From the IMG/VR virus record IMGVR_UViG_3300033489_000001, positions 286,023-350,022 of that record: 64,000 nucleotides of DNA; one strand, written 5' to 3'. This stretch comes from a virus. Lineage: Duplodnaviria > Heunggongvirae > Uroviricota > Caudoviricetes. Position 1 is the first letter of the stretch. Each line of letters starts with the position of its first letter. Shown here one piece after another: positions 9,551-19,332 of the stretch. Below the pieces are notes generated by a model. The model did no database searches, was not told the origin of the DNA, and saw only the letters and a program-made list of their open reading frames with translations. The position numbers were made by a program, and so were the translations under genes.

Positions 9551-10356
9551 ATTGAACCTGTTGTATCCCGCCTACAAGAAGAAAGAGATTTATTCCCAGA
9601 GTAGCAATAAAGGCAGTTATAGGAACACGCTTCATTGACCGTAAAAGGATCGGTCATCGAAACGCATCCACACCTTTCCAAATGCACTTTTCCCTCAAAA
9701 TCTTCCGGTGATACACAGGCATCCATTTTAAATAAAGCTCCAGGCCATCCCAAAAAACTTTGGTCATCTGCACATAAAATCATTTCTATTCCAAATTTAC
9801 GTGCTTCATTTGCCAGCGTATTCAGGAGGTCAAAACGTTCTTGAGGAGTCCTTGTTTCCGGGATTCGATCGTTTGGTTGAAGAAAAGACACGATCACTTG
9901 GGTCATATGGGCACGGGTAGCGTAACTTAAGAGATTCTGGAATCTATGAAGGACCTCAGGTGTTGGAAGCAAAGGCACGGGACTAAACCGCCAACGCACC
10001 TTAAAGACCTTGGCCGTTTGAACTAGCAAATCGCCTGACTCTTGAATTGTGGGGACGCCTTTCTCAACCTCAGACCAACCCGTAGCCGTTACGTAAACGA
10101 TCACCGAATATTTAGATAGTATTTTTTTGCCTGAAATAAGATTGGTGGGGTTCTTGGTCCAGAAAACTAGACCTAAAGTATCCTCCGGCTGCAAAGACCA
10201 TACTTTTGGGGCCGTGGTCTTTGGGTCAAACGCAACCATTTTATTACGCACAAGGCATTCTTGAAACCATGCCCACTTGTTAGGATTACTAGGTACGTCC
10301 GTCCATCGGGAAAGAGAATAAGGTAACCCTTCTACGCAACCACTACAAAGTGTCAT
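9547..10356 (-). CDS. DUF1848 family (radical-SAM-related) protein
   Basis: SRWTDVP, VFWTKNP, WRFSP, CGCV...CSYNCLYCYS. Confidence 0.8.
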   Translation of the reverse strand: MTLCSGCVEGLPYSLSRWTDVPSNPNKWAWFQECLVRNKMVAFDPKTTAPKVWSLQPEDTLGLVFWTKNPTNLISGKKILSKYSVIVYVTATGWSEVEKGVPTIQESGDLLVQTAKVFKVRWRFSPVPLLPTPEVLHRFQNLLSYATRAHMTQVIVSFLQPNDRIPETRTPQERFDLLNTLANEARKFGIEMILCADDQSFLGWPGALFKMDACVSPEDFEGKVHLERCGCVSMTDPFTVNEACSYNCLYCYSGNKSLSSCRRDTTGSI

Positions 10357-10390
10357 GTAACTAAGTACACCGCTTTAATCTAAGAAGAAA

Positions 10391-10747
10391 TTAAAGTTGA
10401 TGGTCAGAAGGATTTTTTAATTCATGCCAAGTGACCTCTAAATCAGGGGTCACAGAAAGTAACTTCCTACCAGAATTATTTATAGTATCTAAGTAGTCAC
10501 TTTCTTTATATGAGGCACGCCACACGCTATGCCCGAAAGAGTCCCCGGCATAAACGAATATGGTTCTACCCTGTTTTTTTGCATAGAAACCAGCAGAGAT
10601 AACTGCACTATTAAGATCCCCCCGATTGCGAGCGTATAATTTTACCTTCTGTAAAGATGCGGTAGCTTTAGAATCTTTCTCGCTTTTGATTATTTGTAGC
10701 TTTTGAGAAGCTACCAAATAACGTCGGACAACGTTAGAACTAAGCAT
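10391..10747 (-). CDS. hypothetical protein with N-terminal tag motif (candidate virion cargo)
   Basis: Begins MLSSNVVRRYLVAS. Confidence 0.7.
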   Translation of the reverse strand: MLSSNVVRRYLVASQKLQIIKSEKDSKATASLQKVKLYARNRGDLNSAVISAGFYAKKQGRTIFVYAGDSFGHSVWRASYKESDYLDTINNSGRKLLSVTPDLEVTWHELKNPSDHQL

Positions 10748-10752
10748 AAAAA

Positions 10753-12633
10753 CTACTTCCAGGCAGAAGCTGAAAGTTCAGAAGCTTGCTTTCGAGTTTG
10801 AGGCCGATACCCTCGCTGAACGGGCTCTACTTTGAAGCCAAACCCCTTTCCTAACTTAACCAAAGCCGTAAGGGTTGCTCGTTCAGAAGCTTTAGGGGAA
10901 CCGCCTTCATCTACGGGAAATTGAATGTCAACTCGTGTCTCCCGACGCATTCCCGCTTTTTCTTGTTGAAAGGTCAGTGGTCCTGACGTCTGATGCCCTA
11001 TGACACTCAAGTTAGCATCATGCGTTTCCCCATCATCCCCCACCACAGGGATAAAGGTCGTGTTAATTTCTTTGATCGTGTCAATATTGAAAGGAACTGG
11101 TTTACGCCCTTCAACAAACAGAACGCTCATCGTATCTACGGCATGGCTCCAACCAGCAGTCCTATCGGCGGAAGCCTGTTTTAGACGCTTAATCTCCGCA
11201 TCTGTGTACTCGAACTTATCTCGTAAGATCTCTTCGGCTTTTTCTGCGGTCATTTTCGGGTCACTAAACAAGAATCGCTTGTTGGGGTTCTTTACTAGAT
11301 CAACCATGATTGCGTGTTGGTTATAATCCCCAACATTGCTCTTAGAAGGCTTGCGTGAAGCTTCCTCTTGACCAGCAGTTTTTTTACCTGGAAAATATGT
11401 CTCTTGATGGCATGAAGGATCACCTGGTTTTTTATATGCACAATAAATACTCCAGGCAGTTGCCCAAGCTTGTTCATCTGTATATCCAGGGTTATCCTTC
11501 TTCACCTTTTTAAAATAGTCGTCAACTTTAGAGGGGGCTGATTTATCTTGATCGGCAGTTAAGAAACGAGTAGCCACACGAATTGTAGAAGCCGCTTTAA
11601 ACTCGTCCTTGTGCTCTTCATTCATCCTTTCCCACTCTTTAGCGTCTTCAGGAGTCATGTTTTTTGTGGGATCAGCAGGTTTACCCTCCTCAAAACGGGA
11701 TAGCACCTGATCACTTGCAGCCTTGAATTCGTCTTTATGCTCTTCCGTTTGCTGCTTCCATTCTTTAGCATCTTCAGGGCTCATGTTCTTAGTGGGATCA
11801 GCAGGCTTACCTTCCTCAAAACGAGATAGAACTAATTCTTTTTTGGATGCCATAGTTCCCTCAACTCCTCTTAAACGAACTGCAATAACTGTATTTGCTT
11901 GCCTTAGGCCCTTTTCAGCCATTTGCTCTTTTCGCCACGCTACGAATTTTTCCCAGTCCCGTTGTTCGTTATATAGGCGGTCCTTGACAATGAGAATCAT
12001 CGCAGCGAACGTGACTTTTGGCCTACTGTCAGAATCAAAAGTAGTCCAATTATCATTTCCTACGGACATGCTGACGAAATCACGAAAGCCCCAGGTCAAG
12101 CGGAAAGAAGTTGTTCCTTTGAATACCTTATCCGCAACAGAAATGTTTTGCTTGAAATCGTAGTCAGCCCAATCTGACGCGGCGGTCAATTGAATAGGTT
12201 TTTGGATGGTCACACTATACCCAAGCTCTTCAAATTCAGATAACCCAGCTTTCTCGAAAGCTATCAAACGTTTCAACAGGCGAGTGGTTGCTTCACGAAT
12301 TAAATCATTAACTTCTTTGAATTCTTCCTTGACCCGTGGGAGGTAGGATTCAAAAAACCCTTCTTCTTTGGAATGTTTTATGTAGGTTTCATCCCTAGGA
12401 TCAGTCACCCAATCCACTTCCATCCGTTCAGATACAAGGCGGGCTATTAGTTTACAATCGCCAGAGGCCATAGAATGTAAAGTGGGGTACGTCGCAGCGG
12501 TTTTGAACTCGTTTTTGTGCTGTTCCATCATAATATCCCATTTTTTAGCTTCTTCAGGGTTCTCTTCCCGCCACCTTTTGGCTCGGTCTAAGCATTGTTT
12601 AAAGGTAAACAATGCGGCGTTCTTAGTGGTCAT
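10753..12633 (-). CDS. modular polyprotein-like protein with internal repeats (candidate internal head protein)
   Basis: Likely start ATG 12633 just after the upstream stop; 42-aa tandem repeat; many [KR]xA sites and tag motifs. Confidence 0.7.
   Translation of the reverse strand: MTTKNAALFTFKQCLDRAKRWREENPEEAKKWDIMMEQHKNEFKTAATYPTLHSMASGDCKLIARLVSERMEVDWVTDPRDETYIKHSKEEGFFESYLPRVKEEFKEVNDLIREATTRLLKRLIAFEKAGLSEFEELGYSVTIQKPIQLTAASDWADYDFKQNISVADKVFKGTTSFRLTWGFRDFVSMSVGNDNWTTFDSDSRPKVTFAAMILIVKDRLYNEQRDWEKFVAWRKEQMAEKGLRQANTVIAVRLRGVEGTMASKKELVLSRFEEGKPADPTKNMSPEDAKEWKQQTEEHKDEFKAASDQVLSRFEEGKPADPTKNMTPEDAKEWERMNEEHKDEFKAASTIRVATRFLTADQDKSAPSKVDDYFKKVKKDNPGYTDEQAWATAWSIYCAYKKPGDPSCHQETYFPGKKTAGQEEASRKPSKSNVGDYNQHAIMVDLVKNPNKRFLFSDPKMTAEKAEEILRDKFEYTDAEIKRLKQASADRTAGWSHAVDTMSVLFVEGRKPVPFNIDTIKEINTTFIPVVGDDGETHDANLSVIGHQTSGPLTFQQEKAGMRRETRVDIQFPVDEGGSPKASERATLTALVKLGKGFGFKVEPVQRGYRPQTRKQASELSASAWK
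11587..11832 (-). repeat. two tandem 126-bp (42-aa) coding repeats VLSRFEEGKPADPTKNM.PEDAKEW...EEHKDEFKAAS
   Basis: Directly visible; a degenerate third copy (EENPEEAKKW...EQHKNEFKTAA) lies near the N-terminus. Confidence 0.9.
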
Positions 12634-12641
12634 AATAAATC

Positions 12642-13343
12642 TCAACGATTTACAGAGAAATGAGATTTGTACCCAATCCTGTTTCTCTTTAACCACTCAT
12701 CAAATTCATCCCAAGACACACTTTTCAAGGTTGTTGGGTCGGCCTTTAGAATTGTATAAAGTTTACGTGCTGCTGATGGAGATGAGGCTTTATACAACGT
12801 GTAATAAGGGTCCGCTAGTTGAAGATCTGAATCTGGGGAGTATGTTGAAAAGTCAGTCCATTCAACTTTGACTGTAAAATCCTTACCCTCAACGTTAAAA
12901 GGTTCTGTCCCTTCTGGCTCTACTTCAAGATAAAAAACTTCCTTCTCGTGCCATCTTTCTTCTCGCAAAAATGACCATCCCTTACCTTGTTCAACTTGCT
13001 CTGGAGACATATTATTGATAGTAATTTCTGCGGCTGCCATATAGGAATCTAGTATTTTTTTCTTGATGTCTTCATAACTGTCAGAAGAACCTATTTTTGC
13101 TTCTCGAAGGATGTTTCCTGGAATGTAAGCAGCAAAACGATCCCAACCCCTGCCTCCAGGATTGTTCAATTCAGCTTTTTTGAGCTTTTTCTTACCTTTT
13201 TGAGGCAGTTCTTCTAAAAGCCAGTAATCCTTATTCCAACGAAGGCGGGCATCACGGCCTAAAAGCTTGCCATCCCAACGATCCGCAGCAACCTTGGCTT
13301 GAAAGCGAGCGACAACTCGTAAGTTAGTATTCATAGTTTTCAT
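12642..13343 (-). CDS. hypothetical protein with N-terminal tag motif
   Basis: NLRVVARFQAKVAA. Confidence 0.75.
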   Translation of the reverse strand: MKTMNTNLRVVARFQAKVAADRWDGKLLGRDARLRWNKDYWLLEELPQKGKKKLKKAELNNPGGRGWDRFAAYIPGNILREAKIGSSDSYEDIKKKILDSYMAAAEITINNMSPEQVEQGKGWSFLREERWHEKEVFYLEVEPEGTEPFNVEGKDFTVKVEWTDFSTYSPDSDLQLADPYYTLYKASSPSAARKLYTILKADPTTLKSVSWDEFDEWLKRNRIGYKSHFSVNR

Positions 13344-13720
13344 CCTAATATCACGGTTAGGTCATAGCGGGAAAATGGATCAGAGACTTCTCCTGCACCG
13401 GCGGCCGTAATCGTTCCGTAAAGTACTTGGGGCCTTCCGTTCTTACCCGTAAAGGGCACCGTAAACTTCCAAACTTTAGAATTCGGCCTGCCCTCACGAT
13501 CATGGCCATAATCCGCACTGGTTATTGTATACGGAATGCCGTTCTTTTTAAAAATAGAGAAAATCTGATGGACAGGTATCCAAGAATCATCTCTAAAAAA
13601 TCCGTCAGTAAGCCTGCCAATCAACCTGTAGAGGTACCTCTTGACTTGATCACGAGTTGTTTCCTCTAAAGGATTTTGGCTGGCGGCGAAACGAGTTAGA
13701 ACACGCAGGGAAGGAGTCAT
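13340..13720 (-). CDS. hypothetical protein with N-terminal tag motif
   Basis: SLRVLTRFAAS. Confidence 0.75.
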   Translation of the reverse strand: MTPSLRVLTRFAASQNPLEETTRDQVKRYLYRLIGRLTDGFFRDDSWIPVHQIFSIFKKNGIPYTITSADYGHDREGRPNSKVWKFTVPFTGKNGRPQVLYGTITAAGAGEVSDPFSRYDLTVILG

Positions 13721-13781
13721 AGCTCTCCGGGAAGATTTTTAGAATCTCTCTCCGTTGCTATTTCACAAATGGCTTAACCGA

Positions 13782-14075
13782 TTACCAATAAAATCTGGCT
13801 CGCCTTAGCAGCCATTGTATAACGTTTTCATGCGGTTCGCACGACTCCCAATGGGACCCGCACATTGGACAAATCAAATGCTCTGGACAAACTAGATGGT
13901 CAGGAAGCAACCCAGCTTTTGCAGATGATGAAAGAACGCCTTGTTTGCAGTCCGGACATGTCATACTTAAAGGACGTTCTGGACCACATAAGACTTCTAC
14001 CCCGTCATCCGTGCCCATCTTATATGCTGGTGGGAAGGTTCGTTTCGCTACGCCTTTCCGAACCATATAAGTCAT
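13782..14075 (-). CDS. small zinc-ribbon protein
   Basis: CPDC...CPMCG; ATGA overlap with clpX. Confidence 0.6.
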   Translation of the reverse strand: MTYMVRKGVAKRTFPPAYKMGTDDGVEVLCGPERPLSMTCPDCKQGVLSSSAKAGLLPDHLVCPEHLICPMCGSHWESCEPHENVIQWLLRRARFYW

Positions 14076-15280
14076 TCGATGATCTCAGCTTTCGTGATAT
14101 GGATCGTAGAAGTGTTTGAACCAGCAGAGGCTGCATACGTATACGGTTTGAGAACTTTTTCCATGATGGTTCTTAGTGCCCTGGCTCCAGTAGTTCTCTT
14201 TTGAGCCAACTTTGCAATGGCTTGAAGAGCTTCTTGATTAAATTGCAATTCAATCCCGTCTAAGGAAAAAAGAGCCCTGAACTGCTTACACAGAGCATTC
14301 TTTGGTTCAACTAAGATTCGAATTAACTCTTCTTCTGTCAATTGATAAGTGGATACCAATACAGGAAGCCGTCCCACAATTTCTGGAATTAACCCAAATT
14401 CTTCAACATCCTCGGTTGTAACATTCTTGTAAATTTCCGTCTTGTCTCGATTTTGGCAAAGTTCTTTACCAAAGCCTATACCGCTTGATTTATTGAGTCT
14501 TTTATCAATTATTTCTTCAATACCCGCAAAGGAGCCAGCGGCGATAAACAGGATGTTTGACGTGTCCATAGTGTCTACAGGGGCTATTCCAGATCGCATC
14601 CCCATACCCCTAGGGACCGGAACTTTAGAGCCTTCTATGAGTTTTAGTAGGGCCTGTTGAACGCCCTCTCCCGTCACATCTCGATACCCCGAAGCACTAC
14701 GTCCTGACTTCCTAGCCAGCTTGTCAAACTCATCTAAGAAAATGATGCCCCATTGAGCCCATTCAATGTTTTGCTGGGCATCTGCAAGTAACCCTTGAAG
14801 CACTGTTTCTACGTCATCCCCAACGTATCCGGCTTGAGTCAGCCTGGTGCAATCCGCTACGTAAAAAGGCACGTCCAACATTTTAGCGATGGCTCTGGCC
14901 AGTAGGGTTTTACCCGTGCCGCTGGGACCCATCAGTAGAACATTGGATTTTTCTATTTCTATTCGTTCTCCATCTAATAAGATACCCCCATCCTTGCTTA
15001 CTTCCCGGCGGCGGTAGTGCCTATAGACCGCTATGGCCAGCTCCCGTTTAGCATCCTCTTGGCCTATTACAATTGTGTCTAATAAGGCCGTGATCTCACG
15101 AGGTTTCTTTAATGGAGCTGCTGCGGCCTCAGGTTTTTTACTCTTTTCTTGCTCAAGGGCTTTAGTAGCATCCTCAATGCAACCATTACAAATACAAGCC
15201 CCGGAAGCGGACTCAATGAGGCTCTTGACTTCATTTCGAGGCCGTCCGCAAAAATGACAAATTGGAGGAACATCCGGCAT
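14072..15280 (-). CDS. clpX: ATP-dependent Clp protease ATP-binding subunit ClpX
   Basis: C4 zinc finger, GPSGTGKT, GYVG pore loop, DEFDK, RDVTGEGVQQALLK, IGF loop, TGARALR. Confidence 0.95.
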   Translation of the reverse strand: MPDVPPICHFCGRPRNEVKSLIESASGACICNGCIEDATKALEQEKSKKPEAAAAPLKKPREITALLDTIVIGQEDAKRELAIAVYRHYRRREVSKDGGILLDGERIEIEKSNVLLMGPSGTGKTLLARAIAKMLDVPFYVADCTRLTQAGYVGDDVETVLQGLLADAQQNIEWAQWGIIFLDEFDKLARKSGRSASGYRDVTGEGVQQALLKLIEGSKVPVPRGMGMRSGIAPVDTMDTSNILFIAAGSFAGIEEIIDKRLNKSSGIGFGKELCQNRDKTEIYKNVTTEDVEEFGLIPEIVGRLPVLVSTYQLTEEELIRILVEPKNALCKQFRALFSLDGIELQFNQEALQAIAKLAQKRTTGARALRTIMEKVLKPYTYAASAGSNTSTIHITKAEIIE

Positions 15281-15327
15281 AGTCTAAGTACTACACCAAA
15301 TGACACTCAAATTAGGATAATTGTTAT

Positions 15328-16095
15328 CTAAACCTCTCCATAAATTATGCAATCTTGGCCCCACACAAGACCCTCACATTGAACGCTTCCATCGGGTTTA
15401 ATTATGCAGCTTCCCCCGTCTCCAAAGTCATTAGGAGTCTCTTTTCCATAGCGATTGCTTACGGCTAAAACAGTATCATTGTCTTTTACGAAGTCCATCC
15501 AGGCATTCGCTGGAAACGCTCCCTTTCCCCAGGCGGAACTTAAACAAACTATGCTGGCATCACCTTTTTCATAGAAAGATTTCCAGTTGGCATCTTTCTT
15601 ATCCCGAACATCTCGACAGATTAAAAGGCCTACTTTATGCGTTTTTCCGTTAACTTCAATCTTTCTAATCGGAGGGTTAGCTCGCCCCTCGGACGCCCAC
15701 AACCAGTCCGCAGAAAACAGATTCACCTTGCGATAGGTTTCAAAGGAACCATCTGGACACATCAGAACTTGAGAATTAAATAAATTTTTAGACCCGTTAT
15801 CTTTTTCAATCAAACCCCACACTATGTGCGTTTCGTATTTACGAGCCAAAGAGTAGAATACTGACATACTCGAATTGGCATCACCTTTAGTTTGAGGTTT
15901 GAAGTCACTAATGACTTCTGCAAAAGGTTCCGCTTCTTCCCGGTTAATGAAGCTATAGCCCGTAATCGAAAGTTCTGGGAGCACAATTAGCTTAGAACCA
16001 TGTACCCCTGCTTCAATAACTAAAGAAGCTAATTTCTTAAGATTTTTACGAACGTCTTTAAACGTTGGACAAAATTGTATGACAGCTACTAGCAT
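15328..16095 (-). CDS. carbon-nitrogen hydrolase (nitrilase superfamily)
   Basis: E-K-C triad: VLPEL, YRKVNL, LICRD. Confidence 0.9.
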   Translation of the reverse strand: MLVAVIQFCPTFKDVRKNLKKLASLVIEAGVHGSKLIVLPELSITGYSFINREEAEPFAEVISDFKPQTKGDANSSMSVFYSLARKYETHIVWGLIEKDNGSKNLFNSQVLMCPDGSFETYRKVNLFSADWLWASEGRANPPIRKIEVNGKTHKVGLLICRDVRDKKDANWKSFYEKGDASIVCLSSAWGKGAFPANAWMDFVKDNDTVLAVSNRYGKETPNDFGDGGSCIIKPDGSVQCEGLVWGQDCIIYGEV

Positions 16096-16114
16096 ATATA
16101 GGCTCTTTCCTAAC

Positions 16115-16894
16115 TCAAACTAAAGAAGGATTAGCGCTAGCAGTCTCGAACTGATGCCTCCATCGAGCGATTTTTGTTCCGACAAAAGTTTGCCCAAATC
16201 CTATTTTTGGTGTGGCGCACATAAGCGCGGCGGGACATTTTCCGCTTCGCCCATCAGGGAATTGAATCATAAAAGAGCCGTCTACTTGAACGATGGAGGC
16301 ACGTTCCTTCAGACGTTCAAGTATAATTTTTACGTTTTGTACATCCGATCGGAACCTTACAAAATTGGTGGTTCCGATTGAAGATATATCCAGAACTTGA
16401 ATTTTTCTAAATAGAATCTTTTCAGCATTAGCTGTTGTAAGTACTATTTGAACAACTTCTTTGTAGCTTTCTCTTGGTAAAAGTTGGACTGCAAAATAGG
16501 TGTCCAACACTGTCACAATTACTTCTAATGGTCCCTTACTTACTGCCACAACCGGAAGGGGATTTTCTTGCAGAGCTTCCTTTTCTATAGGAGGAGGAGG
16601 AGGAGGAGGAACTGTGGTTATAGTGGTGGCCAAGCTCTCATCCTTTTGAAGTGAAAGGTTGATTTCTTCTTGGGGTAAAGGAACAGTTTCCTTTTGAAGT
16701 GAAGTAACGGTTTTTTTCCTTGGGGTGTGAGTTGGCTTAGGAACTTTGATAACAGGAGCCTGACGTAATCTCCAAATAGTTTTTCTACTAACTCCAAATT
16801 CTTCGGAAAGCCTGGTGTCAGAGGGTTCCGACGCCAGTCTAGAGATAATTTTTTTTAGCAACTCCTCGGGGAGTCTTGGATTTGGATTCACCAC
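16115..16894 (-). CDS. N-terminal HTH protein with proline-rich linker
   Basis: LSEEFGVSRKTIWRLR; PPPPPP. Confidence 0.6.
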   Translation of the reverse strand: MVNPNPRLPEELLKKIISRLASEPSDTRLSEEFGVSRKTIWRLRQAPVIKVPKPTHTPRKKTVTSLQKETVPLPQEEINLSLQKDESLATTITTVPPPPPPPIEKEALQENPLPVVAVSKGPLEVIVTVLDTYFAVQLLPRESYKEVVQIVLTTANAEKILFRKIQVLDISSIGTTNFVRFRSDVQNVKIILERLKERASIVQVDGSFMIQFPDGRSGKCPAALMCATPKIGFGQTFVGTKIARWRHQFETASANPSLV

Positions 16895-16946
16895 GAAATT
16901 CCTTATAAGGTAATGTCTTCATTTTAAGCACAAGTTTTGAATAAGT

Positions 16947-17498
16947 CTAGGGGACGATTCGTTTAATAACCTCCTCCCAATTATAAACCCGGAACCTATC
17001 ATACTGTTTCAGTAAATGTGTATTAGGGATATCCCAAAGCATTCCAAGTTTGTCTGGATATTCTTCTAACCAAGAAGTCACATGTTCAGGATTATCATCT
17101 AACAAGGCGTCACCCGCTATGAGGAATTTAGATCCTGTAATAATTACCTCTTTCTTATTAAAACCAAAATATTTTTGCAGCCATATGTATCGTTCGTACA
17201 CCCAAGTAGGACTATGAACTGGACTTGTAACAGGATATACGTCCACATATTTTCGCAGTTCTCGAACGGCCTCAATGGCACCTGGCATCGGGGCTAGAGC
17301 GCTACAATAACCGGGCTTATTGATTTCCTTGTAAATAGCATTCTGCTCGCTATCCGAAAAACCTTCAAAAATATTCCACGTATTGAAATCAAAAGGGGAA
17401 AGCCTTTTCCCATAGAGGCGGTAGACAATCTCAAACGCGGGGGTTTGGAAATCGCAAATTACTTCGTCCACATCAATTAATAAGCGCTTTCGTTTCAT
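16947..17498 (-). CDS. 5'(3')-deoxyribonucleotidase (NT5C, HAD family)
   Basis: IDVDEVICDF, PMPGA, VTSP, LLDD. Confidence 0.9.
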   Translation of the reverse strand: MKRKRLLIDVDEVICDFQTPAFEIVYRLYGKRLSPFDFNTWNIFEGFSDSEQNAIYKEINKPGYCSALAPMPGAIEAVRELRKYVDVYPVTSPVHSPTWVYERYIWLQKYFGFNKKEVIITGSKFLIAGDALLDDNPEHVTSWLEEYPDKLGMLWDIPNTHLLKQYDRFRVYNWEEVIKRIVP

Positions 17499-17508
17499 CT
17501 AAAATCCT

Positions 17509-17679
17509 TTAGGCATTTGGGACTAAACTTTCATTAGAAAGCTGATCAAGATCAACCTTTTTATAAATGTGAATTGGAAAACAGGGGATAATGCAGATCC
17601 ACACGTGGCCGGGTTTCCAAAAAACTCCGAACCATAAATCTTCTAACTTGAACACCCACTCTAGGCCATAATTACGCAT
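17509..17679 (-). CDS. small hydrophobic phage protein (56 aa, absent from the ORF track)
   Basis: MRNYGLEWVFKLEDLWFGVFWKPGHVWICIIPCFPIHIY...; GGGAG SD; fills the gap between flanking genes. Confidence 0.65.
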   Translation of the reverse strand: MRNYGLEWVFKLEDLWFGVFWKPGHVWICIIPCFPIHIYKKVDLDQLSNESLVPNA

Positions 17680-17717
17680 TATTTACTCCCTATTTAGGGA
17701 TAAGGTGGAAGGTGTCT

Positions 17718-18902
17718 TTATGCAAGAACTTCCGCATATACCCCCGATTGAGGTACATCATTGAAATGGTAAGCAGAAAAAGTTTCAGGTTTCAAGTAAA
17801 AGGTAAATTCACATTCAGCGGTTACTTCCCATATTTCTAAAAATTCTCTGGAGTTACAAGTATAGGAGTTAGATCGTATATATAAATAAGCTATTGGGGC
17901 TGACTGACTGTGTAATAAGACGGAGGATACAGCAGCTATTGGTAATACCCTTCCCCGAAACGCCATTGCTACATTTGGGTTGGCCAACAAAAAACCTGTA
18001 GGTAGGGGGTCAAAAACCGAAGCTTCAATCACTTCCGTTTTTGCATATATAAAGTTAGCTAAGAAACGGGCGATGTCTCGTGACCACTGAGACGTGATTT
18101 GTCTTTTAAGCGTCGTGTAAGGGTCATGGCGTAAATTAAATGTCAGAGGGTCGGTTACCGGCGTAATTACATGAGCAAGAGCAGTTGCTGAGGGACAAGC
18201 TTCGAATCCTTTAGGAACTTCAGAAAACATGCAAAAGCGGAACAGATCAAAAAACTCTTTTGTCATTCCAGACTCGGGGGGTAAGAGCGTGGGCAACTCA
18301 TCTCGCAACTGGTCTACTAACTGCTTGCGCCCTTTCGTAGTTGCTCTCAATAAACGATTGTCCCCTTCTTGAGTCAATAGTGCTGAACTAGGAACTCGTT
18401 TAGCCAGCGTTTGTAAGACTTGTTGATCTTTGCTTTGTCTAAAACCCCACTGGACGATCAGCCCTTCCAACTCAGGTCTTAGGCGGGGTAGAGGTTGAGC
18501 TAATTCTCCTGTCTCACGCAGAACAGGAGCAGGTAGATAGACATCCTTTTCCGACACTTTAGCAATGGCCATCCCTGTTTCAGGGGACACCAGTAAAATC
18601 TGATCTCCTAATTGCAAGAACTCATCTGCAAGATACAGACAAGTTTCCCATAGATCTTCAGTATCCTCTAAGTAATCAGGAAGACGAATGAACAAGGCAT
18701 CAGCTAAAGCCTCTGCGGGCCAACTCTCAGCTCTTGCTTGTTTGAAGACATCCTGGAATTCGGGGCAAACACGAATGGCTGTCCTAGCCGCCATCAAGGA
18801 TCCAGGAATAGGTTTTGCGATAGAACTAACAGTAACTTTGATTTGAGCTAGTTTATCAGTCATTAGTTGTAAACCTAGTTGGTCATTTTGATAGATCAGC
18901 AA
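17718..18902 (-). CDS. hypothetical protein
   Basis: 394-aa operonic ORF; true start probably downstream (MTDKLAQ). Confidence 0.75.
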   Translation of the reverse strand: MLIYQNDQLGLQLMTDKLAQIKVTVSSIAKPIPGSLMAARTAIRVCPEFQDVFKQARAESWPAEALADALFIRLPDYLEDTEDLWETCLYLADEFLQLGDQILLVSPETGMAIAKVSEKDVYLPAPVLRETGELAQPLPRLRPELEGLIVQWGFRQSKDQQVLQTLAKRVPSSALLTQEGDNRLLRATTKGRKQLVDQLRDELPTLLPPESGMTKEFFDLFRFCMFSEVPKGFEACPSATALAHVITPVTDPLTFNLRHDPYTTLKRQITSQWSRDIARFLANFIYAKTEVIEASVFDPLPTGFLLANPNVAMAFRGRVLPIAAVSSVLLHSQSAPIAYLYIRSNSYTCNSREFLEIWEVTAECEFTFYLKPETFSAYHFNDVPQSGVYAEVLA

Positions 18903-19329
18903 CTCGTAATTCAGCTCTAATCTGCATTAGAAGTTTGCCAAGCATGTTCTTCCCTGGAGGGCAATGTCCACATTCACAATAACCCCAATAAGTATCATGC
19001 CACCTGTTACCTTCTATAATGGTCAGGTCATTTGTGTCTAACAACTTCTGTTTTAGTTCCGGGTAACCTAAGAATTTTGAGATCAATAATTGACGCATTA
19101 CATTAGGTCGAAGCGTTTCCCAATCAGCTACGAGTTTAACTTTTTTCCCGAGTTTTTTTGCGTGCCCGGCAGACGAGGCGTTTTGAATGGCTTCGATGTC
19201 CGCTATATTTATTGTCTTTGCTGCTTGATAGGCGTGCTCTACCGTTTGGAACCTTCTTCCTTTGAATGTTATAGGAGCCCCATAGAAGTTGCTTAGAAAT
19301 CTATATTTTCCCAGGAATCTATTGATCAT
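18883..19329 (-). CDS. NADAR family ADP-ribosylhydrolase
   Basis: FLSNFY, TVEHAYQAAK, KF...LKQKLLDT, IEGNRWHDTYWG, GKNMLGKLLMQIR. Confidence 0.95.
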   Translation of the reverse strand: MINRFLGKYRFLSNFYGAPITFKGRRFQTVEHAYQAAKTINIADIEAIQNASSAGHAKKLGKKVKLVADWETLRPNVMRQLLISKFLGYPELKQKLLDTNDLTIIEGNRWHDTYWGYCECGHCPPGKNMLGKLLMQIRAELRVADLSK

Positions 19330-19332
19330 AAC

